Shown here: positions 1 through 12,457 of the stretch, one piece after another
How the letters are laid out: the number at the start of each line of letters is the position of its first letter
Position numbering within the stretch: the stretch's first letter is position 1
Assembly (NCBI GenBank): GCA_028534125.1
Contig: CM052818.1
Location: 11,472,001-11,536,000, forward strand
DNA length: 64,000 nucleotides
Direction: 5' to 3'
Source of the DNA: Lama glama
Taxonomy: Eukaryota
Translations under genes and position numbers: made by a program
The notes under the pieces: generated by a model
The model's input: the letters and a program-made list of their open reading frames with translations, nothing else
Told to the model about the DNA's origin: nothing
The model's database searches: none

Positions 1-513
1 TTGTCTACTTTTATATTTTCTGGTGAAACCAAAGTTAGAATACAAAGTGGTTATAGTGCAAATGCACAGACTCTTTGGAAACAAAGGGTAACCATTTTTA
101 CAAGCCACCTTAAGGACAAGACTAAGAAATGCTTTTGCTAATTAGCATCATGAGGTTGAACTAAACCAAGGATCTTAGATTAATTCTAATGAGCTATGAG
201 CTAATATTGGTAAGATGCTTTTAGATTTTTAATTTAAAAGCACTTTGCCAATGAAAGTATAAAGGTTACAAATTTTCTGAGCCATCTGGTCCCCTACCTA
301 AAGTAATGATTTCAAAAAGTTTAGATGGATGAATGGATAGATAAATAGGGAATTTTTTCCTCTGTCTGCTATTCATTAAGAAAAGTTTGTATCCCCACAA
401 AAGCCAATTTAAATAGATGATTATTCCATTCATAGTTCATGCTGCAGCAAGTGAAAAGTAAAGGCAAATACTATATACAAATATATAACCTACACTGTTA
501 AAAATATTCACAA

Positions 514-767
514 TGATAAGATCTGAGGATCTAATACAGCATAATGACTATAGTTAATAATAGTGTATTATACACTTGAAAGTTGCTAAGAGAGTAGATC
601 TTATACGTTCTTACCACAAAAAATGGTAATTATGTGACATGATGAAGGTGTTAGCTATGGTGGTAATCATTTTGCAATAAATAAGTATATCAAATCAACA
701 CCCTGTACATCTTAAACTAACACATGTTATATGTCAATTATGTCTCAGTGAAGCTGGAAAAATATAC
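514..767 (+). mobile_element. 5'-truncated LINE-1 3'UTR fragment (L1MA-like)
   Basis: Typical L1 3' end (tatagttaataa...aagttgctaagagagtagatctt...atgtcaattatgtctcagtgaagctggaaaaa), flanked by the 10-bp direct repeat atattcacaa at 504-513 and 768-777 (TSD). Confidence 0.85.
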
Positions 768-879
768 ATATTCACAAGGAGAGCCAAACTGGTCCCTTCA
801 TCACTAAGAGGCTACTTTCTGAAAGAGTGTGAGAGCAAGAGCCGTCGTAATACTGCCTTCTACTTATTGATTACTTATT

Positions 880-1060
880 ATAGCCAACTCTTTAACATTC
901 ATTAACATATTTAATTTTTGGAGTAGTCAGATGAAGCAATTACTAATATCTGCTCCATTTTACAAAAGTAGAAACTGAGATTTATAAAGGTTAAACCTTC
1001 CCTGATGTTTCAAATATCAGGACCGTGATCTAGGATTGGTACCCAGCAGCTCTGCTCCAT
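880..1060 (-). mobile_element. MIR SINE fragment
   Basis: ccattttacaaaagtagaaactgagat matches the reverse complement of the MIR core. Confidence 0.6.
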
Positions 1061-2099
1061 ATGTTCTGTTCTCTCTCCCTCTACAACAGCACAGGCGGAA
1101 ACTGTGGTAAAACTTGGACAACATCACAAACACAAAAGGCATGCAATATACCTTCATTGCTTGTGTTGTATCATACCATTTAACCATCTCAACCTTCCTT
1201 TGTGACAGTGATATTCTCGCCCTCACTTTGCAGACAAGGGCAAGGGCAATTAGCAAGAGATGGGTACGTATTTTCCGAGATTGAGGACCCCACCTATTGC
1301 CAGGGCATCTGCCATCATTGTATCATGTCATCTTTTTGCTTGCTTGCTTTAAGTAAAATTTAAAAAATTACTAATCCTGGTTCTCCATAAAATAAATGAT
1401 TAAACGTTAATCACATACTATCCAATCCCTCTCCTCTCTGTGCTCCTCTTTGTAGAGGAAAGAACACTGGAGATTGTGGTTCTCCAGCTACCCTCAAGCG
1501 AATTATTTTAAAACCAATAATAAGAAGAGATTAGCCCAATTTTTTACAGTAGCCAAAAAGTCCACAGAAATCAGCGAAAGAAAATCCATCCCTAAGGGTC
1601 TTTGTAGGGGGGAGAAAAGAAAAAAATGACAAAGTATATTCTCCATCTTTAAGCAAATTCTCTGACCTGACATGACTAATTCAGTTTTCTCTAAAGGAGC
1701 ATTTTCTGACCTCCTTTGTCATCTTTTCAGACCCTACTAGCTAAGCAATTCTCTGAAAGATCTGAGAGGTATTCCTCTCCCTAACCAGCACCCCTTCCCT
1801 TATTAGGGAAAAATGTCATAGAAGTGACAGTAATTCAGCTCCCCAAATGCCTTTGCTCCCTGCTGGCTGACCTCCTTGGTGGGGGAGGGCAACATTCTCT
1901 GTAACCTCAGATGCTTTCTTTAATGTAGCCTTGGCTCTGCCCTTGGCCTTTGGTAGCCTGAACACAGAGCCGCAGAGACTGAGGCTTGAGGTGGTTAAAA
2001 AAAACATACTCCACAAAGAGCTGGCCCTTTCTGAATTATCACTCATCCTTCCACAGCATGGTCCCTGTTTTTTTCTAAAACATGAAGGATGTGTAAAGG

Positions 2100-2620
2100 A
2101 CACATAAAACTTTAGTCAATAGGCCCATTATTATGATTGGCTGAAAACCATAAAACGCATCCATCAAGCCATTGTGTTGCATCTTGTGTTAAATTATGGT
2201 GATAAATAGTCCTTTATCCGTGACGTCACCTACTAATCTATTCCAAAAACTATTCACCACCGCCATTATGCATCACTCACACTCCTGCCAGCTTGCTGAG
2301 GAAAAAAACAAAACTCTCTACATGATAAAGCCACACACAAGATTGCACTTGACTCTGCAGATGCAAATATTGTCTGTTATTTTCATGTCATACTGCGAAA
2401 CAATGGCTTTCTTCAGTTCCCAAAGTTATCTCAAGCGTGCAGTAATGTCCTCGCCTCTCAGCTCTGGGCATTGTAACTCATGTACTTTTAATTGTTTATA
2501 ATTTACATCAGAAATGGATGGAGTCCATTTGCAGTCATGCTGCTGTAGAACTACTGATGACATATCTTTGCCACCTTGCTCTGAGTCGAATATAATCCTA
2601 CTGATAAGCCTTTAACATTG
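2100..2620. promoter_or_regulatory. Candidate enhancer-like unique element
   Basis: Non-repeat sequence with a full palindromic CRE (gTGACGTCAc, 2220-2229), an octamer ATGCAAAT (2361-2368), SOX-type CATTGT/ACAATG motifs and CCATAAAA. Motif evidence only. Confidence 0.35.
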
Positions 2621-3843
2621 AAATTTGGTGTGGAATGCCCACATAGTCTCAGGAGCTGTGTAAAAGCGTATGTGGCTGTTGCTATCAGTATGTCTGGGAT
2701 TTGGATCTAATTTTACACAAAATGTCATAAAATTAGACTTTTTTTTAGCTGACAGAAAATACTATTAAAATGACATCAAAAGAGGAATGTGTGAGTATAT
2801 TTTAAATTCTAGTCTCAAATATAATAATCTGTTTAAAAGCACACATATACAATAAGGTTAGTCCCTTTCTCTACCTCACCTGGATGGTGTAATCTTAGGT
2901 GTTCTTCTTCATAAAAGAGGAAAAACAAAAACCTACCAAATTTTCTCAACCTACTCAAATAAGAGGAGATGGAATACAGAATGAAGTAAACCACTCATTG
3001 CAACTACATTCCAAAAGATGGATTCCCAGTATGTTTAATTGACTTTTTGCTGCAATTCAGAGAATCTGAGGAATTGTTTCTTGCTGAGCAACACGATGGA
3101 GGTGTCATATCATCTCCTTGCTGTTTTAACCACATATGAGATGATCTGATCACAAAGAAGAAAAAAACAAATATAAGCTGCTCAAGCTTTGATGAGTTAA
3201 GTCCCATATCCATCTGCTATGTTTATTTACGTATTTTAAAAATTGCTTTCTTGATGGACACGTGAAAAAGATTCACTAATATGTTTACTGAGGAAAGAAA
3301 TAAAACCAGATTTTCCTCCCTACACAATTCTTAAATGTTCAATAGAACTGGTAGCAAAATATCATTTACCTGAAGGTTGCTATTTAATGCAAATTCTATC
3401 CAATCAATCATGGGAAACAGTAAAAAATTGAATCACCTTAAAAACAGTAGCCTCCTTCACTGACCTCCTCTCAGTTATCATCACTTATAGAATCCAAAGG
3501 AGACACATATTGCAGGAAAGAGAGAGATTCTAAAAACTGAACAATCTTCAGCCAGTCTTGATGGAAGTTTGGCTTCGACTCAGCATTCAAAGTGAAACAC
3601 TTTCTGTCTTCTCCTGTTCTGATGTTCACACTCACGTGTGGTGTCTGCAGACCTAGGAGGGGCTCTCACCTCCTGACAGCAGTAATAGAAGGGGCCTCAT
3701 TCAAAGGACATTGTTCCAGTTTTCTTTCTTTATAAATTCTCTTCCTTCTAGTTCTTCCTTCTATTGCTAAAACTACACTTATTAAGTAGAATCATATTTT
3801 AAGTACATCTAAACATCAAAATTAGCCTATCCTCACTGAAAAT

Positions 3844-3867
3844 ACACACACACACACACACACACAC
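3844..3867. repeat. (CA)n microsatellite
   Basis: Directly visible. Confidence 0.95.
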
Positions 3868-5094
3868 CCCCTGTGCTTTCTCACTCTCACCTCACACCCA
3901 TATTGTCACAAATCCCTGAATCCTCACCATTGTCTAGTAACTGCTGTTCTTGCCACCTTTTTGCTTCCTGGTGGGTCTGTAATTGTCATCTCATCCCTGG
4001 AGCAACATCAGGATCACTCAGTGAATTGATTGTCAGGGGATAGTTGAAGAACAGAATAGCCTGAGCTCTAGAAGCCAAGTGCCTTATGGCCTCCAGCCCA
4101 GGAACAGGAGGCAATGAGGATGAATAGCTTCATCCCACTCCACTCCTTAATGAGAATTAAGCACATGAATTTCACTTCCTAGTTCTACTCAGGCAGAGCA
4201 AACAACAACATGCAGAAGATTAAAGAATGAAATAAAACCATCCCTGCCATTTCTTCTTATGTAGAATGAAACTAGGAAAAAGACAGCCAACTCCTGAATT
4301 TGGAAAAGTTCACGTCAGCCCTTCCTCATGTACATGCAAACTGCCTTTTTGTTTTTTCAGTCAGAGCATGACTTGCCCATGCAGAAATAATGCTGTGACA
4401 GGGATTCTTCTATTATGGCTTTAATTTGAAATAGGGTTTAAGTGCCATATTCTCAAGCTTCCAACTCAAAGATTCCAATATGCATTACCTTTTAGAATCC
4501 TGTTATGAAGGTACATTTTATGGTGGAAGCCTCTATTGGAAGTATGTTGTATCCTTTGCTCAGAAAAAGCCTAAATGGGGACTAAATCTACATTTCAAGA
4601 GAGCCTCTGAGCAGTCACCTCTGAGTGTGCTTATGGAGAAAGATCAAGCTTACAGGGAATTTGTGAACCCACACAAGACCATATCTCTGTCAGAAGATCA
4701 TTGCATCAATCAATACAAGAAGGTCGGGGAAGGGATGCAAGAGCCAAAAGCATTGGCTTGGGGTCTACACTGTGAATTAGCCATGAAAACCTGTCAAGCT
4801 ATGCAAAATTTATCCTGTTAGCCCCATTTTGCAGGCAAAAAAAATAGATACTCATGGAAGTTAAGAAAATGAACAAAGTCACACAATTTGACTCCAAAGT
4901 CCATTTTTTTTTATTTTCAATCTTATCAAGCTGCTTTTCAGAGAGGATGAATCCTTAAATTAAGGTGGTAGTGATGGGAATAAAGGAGAGGGAATGAAAA
5001 TAACATTCCAGTAAAAATGAGAAGAAAAAACTAAACACTCTAATCTATATATCATCTGTCAGTGCAAATATGCAACTGCACCTTGATTTTAGTG

Positions 5095-5400
5095 ATAAGT
5101 CAACAAGCATTTACTGAAGACAGTTTTGTGCCAGGCTCCAGACCTAGGCTGGAGACACAGAAATGTAGAAGATATCATCTTGGCCCTGGAGGAGCTGATG
5201 ACCCAATGAGGAAGACACCTAAAAGGATCATTTCTAGGTTGTAAATGAAGTCACAGAAGTTTGCAGGGCAAGTTCCCTAAAGAAAGGTGGCAGCACAGCT
5301 GAGTCTTAAAAGATAATTAGGTCAAAAGGAGATGGGGGAGGCAAAGGCATGTCACAGAGAGGGACTAGCAGGTACAAAGTCATTGAGAAGGATTTCTCGC
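5095..5400 (-). mobile_element. LINE-2 3' fragment
   Basis: caacaagcatttactgaag...tgtgccaggc...ccctggaggagctga is the reverse complement of the L2 3' end. Confidence 0.65.
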
Positions 5401-5485
5401 TAAGGTAGAATTATAAGGCCCCATAGCCATGCACTGGCTATTCTCTCCACTGTAAAAAATGAAGCAATAATTAACAACTAACCAG

Positions 5486-5486
<1 letters not shown>

Positions 5487-5517
<31 letters not shown>

Positions 5518-5533
5518 ATAAATAAATAAATAA
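5487..5533. repeat. Compound (TAAC)n(TAAA)n microsatellite
   Basis: Directly visible. Confidence 0.95.
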
Positions 5534-6559
5534 ACAAGCAGGCAAAATTCAAAAGGCATAGCTGCTCTCAAGGACAGATTAGATATTTCTGTGGCCTAAA
5601 AGCAAACAAGTCATAAAATCTTTCAGGCCTCATCCTGAAGCTGTGGGTCTGCTGCTCTGGGGCTACGGATGCCAGCAGAAGAGTCCTGCTTCTGTGAGTA
5701 AACAGAGATTAAGACTGTCTCATACAAGTCATAATTAGAACCAGGCTTGAAACCAGGGGCCTGCCAGTGAAAAAGGCCACAACCAGATGCCAGATGGGAA
5801 GAAAGCTCAGCAGATAGCATCACTTTTCCTCTTCAAGTTCGGACCCAACTGAGAGATGGAGAGATAGAGGGAGAAGAGTCAGAAAGACAGAGATCAAAAT
5901 GTATGCTTTATTAAAGATAAAAGCTAGACAGGTAGAGCACAGAGCTTAGATGCCAGTAGGACTTGGTAACAGTCCCCTGAATTAGACAGATTTACCCACC
6001 CAAAAACAGAGGTCAATGCAAAACTGCTGGTCCCCTGCAAAGGCAGATGGGAGATTGTATCTTGAGCAAAAGGGCAGATGAAAATTCTCTCATCCCTGTG
6101 TGAACACAGTTCCCCCCAAATGTCCAGAAGAGTGTAAAAGCACATATACGCATTCCATCTCAAAAACTCTCTGAGCAAATAAGTCACTCCTTCTCTCCTG
6201 GGGATAAGTGAGTGGATAGGATGGGGAAGCAGCCAGCAGTAGTCCCTTAGTGGAATGCCTTATCATAGTCCTCTTCTTCCATTGATCCTCTATCGAGGGC
6301 TATCATTTACATAAAATTTGGTACCTAAGAGCCTGGAAGTGGCAGGCACAGCTTCCCAGTCCTGACCAACTCAGTGGAAGCATCTGTTTTCATCCTCATT
6401 TTCATCATGGGGCAAAAGTACCACATCGCCTATCAAAGATCTGCTTGTGAACTGGAGAATCTGGATGATTGGACAGAGACACTTCAAAGGCCTAACTAGG
6501 GAGGGATGAGTACAGAGGGACAGAAAAACAGATAACAAATCCCACTCAAGACCAGCCTA

Positions 6560-7555
6560 AAGACTCCAATTCCAGAACGTATGAGAGAAAAAAAAAAAAA
6601 CTAGAAGAGAAAATCAATAAATTCAATAACTGGAAGAACATCCCCTGAAGAAAGTAAAAATAACTGGATAATTTATGAGTAGTTTTAATATAATTATATT
6701 TAACATCCTCAAAGTGATAAAAATATAAATAACATTCAGAACAGATAACAAGGAAATAGGACATCTTAGAACGATAGACTAAATAGAAATGAGAATGGGT
6801 ACCTGTTTGAAAAAAGACTTAATTAGACTTTGCAAAATGTGAAAACAGTATTCAAAATTAATTAAAAAACATTGTGGAGTCAAAAAAAGGAAAAAGAAGA
6901 CATTGATGAACTTATCTACAAAACAGAAACAGACTCACAAAGTAAACAAATTTATGGTTATTGAGGGAAAGGGAGTAGAAAGGGATAAATTGGGAATTCA
7001 AGATATGCAAATACTAACTACTATAGATAAAATAGATTAAAAAACAAATTTCTTCTGTATAGCACAGAGTACTATATTCAATATCTTATAATAACCTATA
7101 ATGGAAAAGAATATGAAAACAAATATATGTATATACATGTATGACTGAAACATTATGCTTCACACCAGAAATTGACACATTGTAACTGACTATATTTCAA
7201 TTTAAAAAATGGGAAAAAAATACATTGGATAAACTCTAGATGAATACTAGCTGCAGAAAGAATTGGTGAACTGGAAAGTATAACTGAGGAATCAACCAGT
7301 AAGGCAGCACGTAAAGATAAAAACTGGAGAGGGCAGCTCTGAGACACAGAGGATTGAGGTCCTCCACTCCATATCCATGGGCATCCAAGCAGAAGAGAAT
7401 TGAGAGCGTGGAAGACAAGCGATACTGGGAAAGACAATAACTGAGAATTTTCCCAAACTGAATAAAGACTCAGTCTTCTCAAATTGAAAGAACACCTCAA
7501 GTGCTAAGCAAGAAGCAGAAAATGAAACTGACACCAAGGAACATCACAATGTCAC
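6560..7555 (+). mobile_element. Ancient L1M/HAL1-type ORF1 remnant, interrupted by a younger L1
   Basis: ORF1-like decayed sequence (gaaagaattggtgaactggaa; ataactgagaattttcccaaactga; acaccaaggaacatcaca) on both sides of the 6875-7220 insertion. Confidence 0.6.
6875..7220 (+). mobile_element. Young 5'-truncated LINE-1 3'UTR (artiodactyl/camelid type)
   Basis: gaacttatctacaaaacagaaacagactcaca...ctgtatagcacag...tgtaactgactatatttcaatttaaaaa, then an A tail. Short probable TSD acattg at 6869-6874 and 7222-7227. Confidence 0.85.
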
Positions 7556-7599
7556 CAAAGAGAGAGCCAGCATGATGACATGAGGAATTCTGAATTCAC

Positions 7600-8080
7600 A
7601 GAGCTTAAAGAGTAAGGCAGTATGAGAAATCATATCATAAAGAGTTACAATAAGTAGTATGTGCTTTATCCCATGAGAGGAAGCCAAGAAAACCACACTG
7701 CGGGAGGCAAGTCTGGAAGAAATGACATCAGTTGAGCTAATAAATGAATGCTAAGGCCTTCACTTAATAGCATAATAAGAGGAAGAATACCAAGGACAAC
7801 ACGATTTGGATTTTTCAACAATATTTCACAAGTTACTGGACGTGGGGAGAAAGGGAGAGAAATGGAGAAGTCAAGAATTACCCTCAGGCTTCCAGCCCAT
7901 TCTACCCACTGTACAGAATGAATAAAGAAGATGGAACAGGCTTATGGGAGATGACTAGCTCAACATTATACATGTGTAATGTGGGAAACCTGGGGAGAAA
8001 CTACTTATTTTGAAAAGTAGAGGAGAGTTCAAGGCTAGAACAAAGACTTGGCCATCATCAACATAAGGATATCTTCATCA
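7600..8080 (-). mobile_element. LINE-2 internal fragment
   Basis: ggagaagtcaagaattaccctcaggcttc and gaggagagttcaaggctagaa...catcatcaacata resemble antisense L2. Confidence 0.5.
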
Positions 8081-8532
8081 GCTTCTACAAAGGTCATCAA
8101 TATCCTAAATATATCAAGAGCATCTTCTTACCAGTGGCAGCTCACTGGGTAGACGAGGAGCTATTTCCAGGATAGGTAGGGGTAACGCATTGACAAAGTA
8201 GGCCGGGTAAGTGGCAGGAAACTCACACAGAAAGAAGAAAGAAAGTTGATGACCCTGGTCAACAGAAACAGAATAGCCAGGCAGCCAGCAGAACAATTCT
8301 GGTATCAAAAAGCATGCAGACAAAAGGCTAGGAAACCAAGATACCATGCTGCAAAAAGGCATCAGGGTTGAAATGAAAATAGCAGTAGAGAAACAGAGGG
8401 TGTGAAGCAGAAAAGGTTACAGAAATCAGGAAAGCAGGAAAAAACAAGTGCCTGCACATGGGGCGGTCAATTGGAAACACCTGGTCAAGGTGAACTTTGC
8501 TTCGGCAGAACAGCATTAGTTGCTGATAAAAA

Positions 8533-8558
8533 TATATGTATATATATATATATATATA
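8533..8558. repeat. (TA)n microsatellite
   Basis: Directly visible. Confidence 0.9.
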
Positions 8559-9363
8559 CGGAAGATAGGTTCCTAGGTTAATTTCAGCTATGACCTAAAC
8601 CTCTTACTGAGTGAGCACCAGATACTCTATGCAGTCTTGCAAATAAGAACTACACTTGCCCACAAAATGGAAGTGTATTGCTATTGATTTTGCTCCACTA
8701 TGACAATATGTGAATGAATAATGAAATGAAAGTTAGGATCTCTGAAAGCTAACCAGAATAAATCTTTTACTTTCCCAGGATGAATGGCTAAGTGGCTCTT
8801 TTCAAGACTTGGATAATGGTTTCTAAATGAAGGAATGAATATCAAGAGCTTAGCATGTTAACTCAAGCTAAGACTTTGAGGAGACCTTTGGAAATATTTA
8901 AAAAGATAGATTAGTGAAACAGTGAGGCAGAGATTAAGTGAACATGCTTTCAGATCTGTCATGTGGCGTTGCATCTGCCAGGTTATTTATTTTTCTGTGC
9001 CTACCCTATGATGAATCAAAATCACCTTTAGGAGAATCCTTACTGAATAACATTGAAAAAAGTCAGAGATACTGGTCACCAATGTGATTTAATTATTTAG
9101 GCAATAAAGATATTTTTTAGTATTTCCTTGGAATTACAATGGTATTATTACTACTTGAGATATTTCAGTGGGGATTTTTATTAATTTTTTTTTAGTAAAT
9201 GAAGCTCTTAATGTATACAACAAGTTCTTTTCCCTTTTGTGCTTATTTCAGAATTTAAAGCTGATAGACATAGAGCTCTCAGAATATATCTTTTGCCCAA
9301 AATAACCCCTGAGGTTAGATTTCCTGTCTTCATTTAGATTCGAGAATAAGGAAGGCACAGATT

Positions 9364-9498
9364 CAGGGCCGTCATGGATGTCTGCACAGACTGTGCACTG
9401 CACACCTCCAGGGGGCACCATTCACCTGTTAGCCTTTGTGAGTGGTGCTTCCTAAAGTACTGCATGCACATCCTGTATGACTGTATCCAGTGGCCATA
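9364..9498 (+). mobile_element. MER91-like non-autonomous hAT element carrying a CTCF motif
   Basis: cagggcc start; tgtgcactgcacacctccagggggcaccattcac core as I recall it for MER91; degenerate ggcc terminal repeat. Confidence 0.7.
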
Positions 9499-9619
9499 GG
9501 TTTCCCCCTCTTCTGCTACATGATCTCTTCTATGGCTAAGGATTAATATGAGGAAAGTTTGGTACAACCTAAATTTGGGAGCAAACACAGACGGGTTGAA
9601 AAACACCCATTTTAATGGC

Positions 9620-9800
9620 ATGGAGGCTTTAGTTGAGATGTCAGATGAACCTGGGGTTAAGTCTTAACTCTGCTACTTATAAACTCTGTGAATTTTGGCA
9701 TACTATTTTAATTCTTTGAGGCTATTTCCTCATCTGTAGAGTAAGGATAATAATCCCTTCTTAATAGGATTCTTGGGAGGGTAAAATGTGATCATAGAGC
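9620..9800 (+). mobile_element. MIR SINE
   Basis: ctctgctacttat...tttcctcatctgtagagtaaggataataat MIR core. Confidence 0.75.
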
Positions 9801-9899
9801 AGTTTTCACAGATCTTTTCTCAGCCCTTATTATCATTGTCATCACCATCATCATCATCAACAGAGCTCTAGGTGAGCAACATTTGGAAGTTCCTATCTT

Positions 9900-10340
9900 C
9901 ATTTTGATTCATTTTCTTCATTCATTCAATAAATTTGTTGTAATATTCCATTAGAAGCAAGCAACTTGCAACAGAAAGTATAAAGATTAATCAGACAGAC
10001 CCATACCTGTATGGATAGTCCCTCTCTAACAGGAGTAATCAGACATCATAACTCTATATAGAGTTGAAAGTCCCCATTGTAACTGCATGACTAGAGCTCG
10101 GAGGCAAAAAATCACTTTTGATTGGAGTGAACTTAATATAAGGAGTTAACTTAAACTGGGCATTGAAAAATGGATAAAGTTTTAACATTGAAGACTGGAA
10201 AAAGAAGCAGGCATTCTAAGCATAAGAAAGAAACAAAACATAAGAGATCACTATCACTTCTCCAGGCTTTAGAACAATAACATTCTATCATATAGTCAGA
10301 CTCTAAAATGTCTAACCTAAAGGTTTTAAAATACGTCCTG
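9900..10340 (-). mobile_element. LINE-2 3' fragment
   Basis: ttcattcattcaataaatttgttg L2 tail (antisense), followed by decayed L2 sequence. Confidence 0.5.
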
Positions 10341-10424
10341 CTTCCATGTGTAAGGAAAGGACTCACTAATAAGTGAGTCTTTTATGGCTGACACGGGTTT
10401 CAGAGGGCCATGGTTTGAGGCTTC

Positions 10425-10650
10425 ACTGCATAGCGGTTGAGAGGTTAGTGAGTACCATGGCACCATGTAACTCAGACACTGCCCAGCTCTGCCATATCTT
10501 AGCAGTCACTTATCATACCTGAAACTCAGTGTCTTCATCTACAGAATAAAGATTATCACATTATCTAACTACCAAATGAGATCTCTAGAGAGCTTTAGTA
10601 CAGTGCTGACTCTCACTATGCTGAGTGTTCAGTAAAGGTAGTCATTGTTA
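10425..10650 (+). mobile_element. MIR SINE
   Basis: cccagctctgcca...ctcagtgtcttcatctacagaataaagattat...ctttagtacagtgc. Confidence 0.7.
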
Positions 10651-11849
10651 CTTTATTTCTTCAAACTTGAATTATAAAAACCACCTATAAATATACAAAA
10701 TCCCTAAACATCAAAAGTTTAGTCTTGAAATTTATATTGAAGACATTTCCAATTATTAAAAAAAAAAACTCAGTTTTTTTCCTTCTTTGAGTCTCCCTCT
10801 AGACAGCAGATAAGACACCATGTTTTTAAAGTTACCACATCACAAAGCCTTTGTTAAATTAACTATTAAATGTATTATCTTTCCCAGAACTGCAATCACT
10901 CTCCTTCTTGTGTGACCCACTGGATACTGGGATAGTTTGTGAGTGAAGACAGTTTTGGTCTCACGCTCTCTCGTGTCCTTACCTTGGTCACACCCTCACT
11001 CTGCCAGCCTTCTTTGTACAGACTTGAATGTACAGGCATATTAAGAGGCAAGAGAAGATGGAGTGTGAGCATCAGAAATCATTTTTACTCTAATAAATAC
11101 AATGCCTTAATAATATTCAATTTTAAGTACAAACACAGAAATATATCTGAAAGGTAAATGGATTTTTTATTTTTCATTACCCCTTTTGACTAAGCATGAA
11201 ATTCTGTCTTCAGGAAAAAAAAAAAAGCCTTTGATAGAAAGAACATGTGCAGCTGAGTTCTGTGAATGGTAACACGGAAACAAATGGGCTGACATCAACG
11301 ACTGGCATTTGAGTGGGTGGAAAACCAAGCCCCCCAAAAGCTGATGTATTGCACAGTCCAACTGGGCAAAGCTGAACTTGGTGAGGGGTGAAAAGTTAAA
11401 TGGAATTGCAAAAAATGAAGCAGAACATCACAGAGAAGTTAATTTCCCTTCAAATCTGATGTTCCAGGTTTGATACCCCCAAAGCATTTCCACTGTATCC
11501 ACATCACTGCAAATAGCAACATCCACTCTTCACCTGGCACTTCTTAATATTCATCTCTTAAATGACTCTATAAAATGAGATATTTTTCCTCGACTGGAGA
11601 GAAGAAAAGGATTTCCTACCTTAATATTTTATATTACAGTACTTGAAAGAAAGAAAAACATAAGAATAAGAAAAAGAGAAAGAAGGTTAAATCTATTTTT
11701 AATTAACATACCCTAACAAAAAGGAAAATTTAGAAATTAAAAATAGTAAGTTTGTTAACTATATCCATATCAACCAAATACTATTTTCTTCCTATGATTA
11801 AAAAAATAGCAATTTTTTTCCTAATAGCTGTGCCCCAAAAAGCACAGAA

Positions 11850-12000
11850 CCGGAAGTCAGGAATCTCAGGGTTGAGTCTTACTTCAGTCATTAACTATCT
11901 GTGCTACTATGAGTAAACCATGTAATGTCACTAGGTCAGCTTTCTGTCAACATGAGGTGGGTCAATTGGGCAACTGCTCCATTCCTAGAAATCTAACATC
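11850..12000 (+). mobile_element. MIR/MIR3 fragment
   Basis: aagtcaggaatctcagggttgagtcttacttcagtcattaactatctgtg. Confidence 0.5.
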
Positions 12001-12214
12001 TAATGATGATCTCTTCTGTGTGGACTTATTTCATCTATCCTATCCCCCTCTTTTTCACCATAGAGATATAGCACATAGTTGAACCAAGAGGAATAACAAA
12101 CTGTTTTTACCAATAATTTTCCAAGTAAGAGTCATAGATGATAGGTCTTGGAAAGGGTTTTTTAAAATATGTTTTCGTGTTAATTATCACATATTATATA
12201 AATATATATATATT

Positions 12215-12345
12215 TTTGAGATATAATTGACATATAACATTATATTAGCTTCAGGTATAAAACATAATGATTAGATACACTGAGAAATAATCACCAATAT
12301 GTCTAGATTGGATCCATCACCACACAGTTATAATTTTTTTCTTAT
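12215..12345 (-). mobile_element. Older L1 3' terminal fragment
   Basis: ttttgagatataattgacatataacattatattagcttcaggt...ccatcaccacacagttata. Confidence 0.7.
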
Positions 12346-12457
12346 AAAATTTTTTAATTATAATTTTTATATTTTGTATAATCATATAAATATACATAAT
12401 ATAATCAAAACAAAAATATTTAAACTTTAAAATAATTAAAATGAAAACTCTTATTTT

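Noticed and set aside
3004..3145. Minus-strand terminal coding exon (SSHMWLKQQ...NPSFGM*)
   Set aside because: The acceptor is plausible, but the peptide is unrecognised and I saw no nearby poly(A) signal or partner exons.
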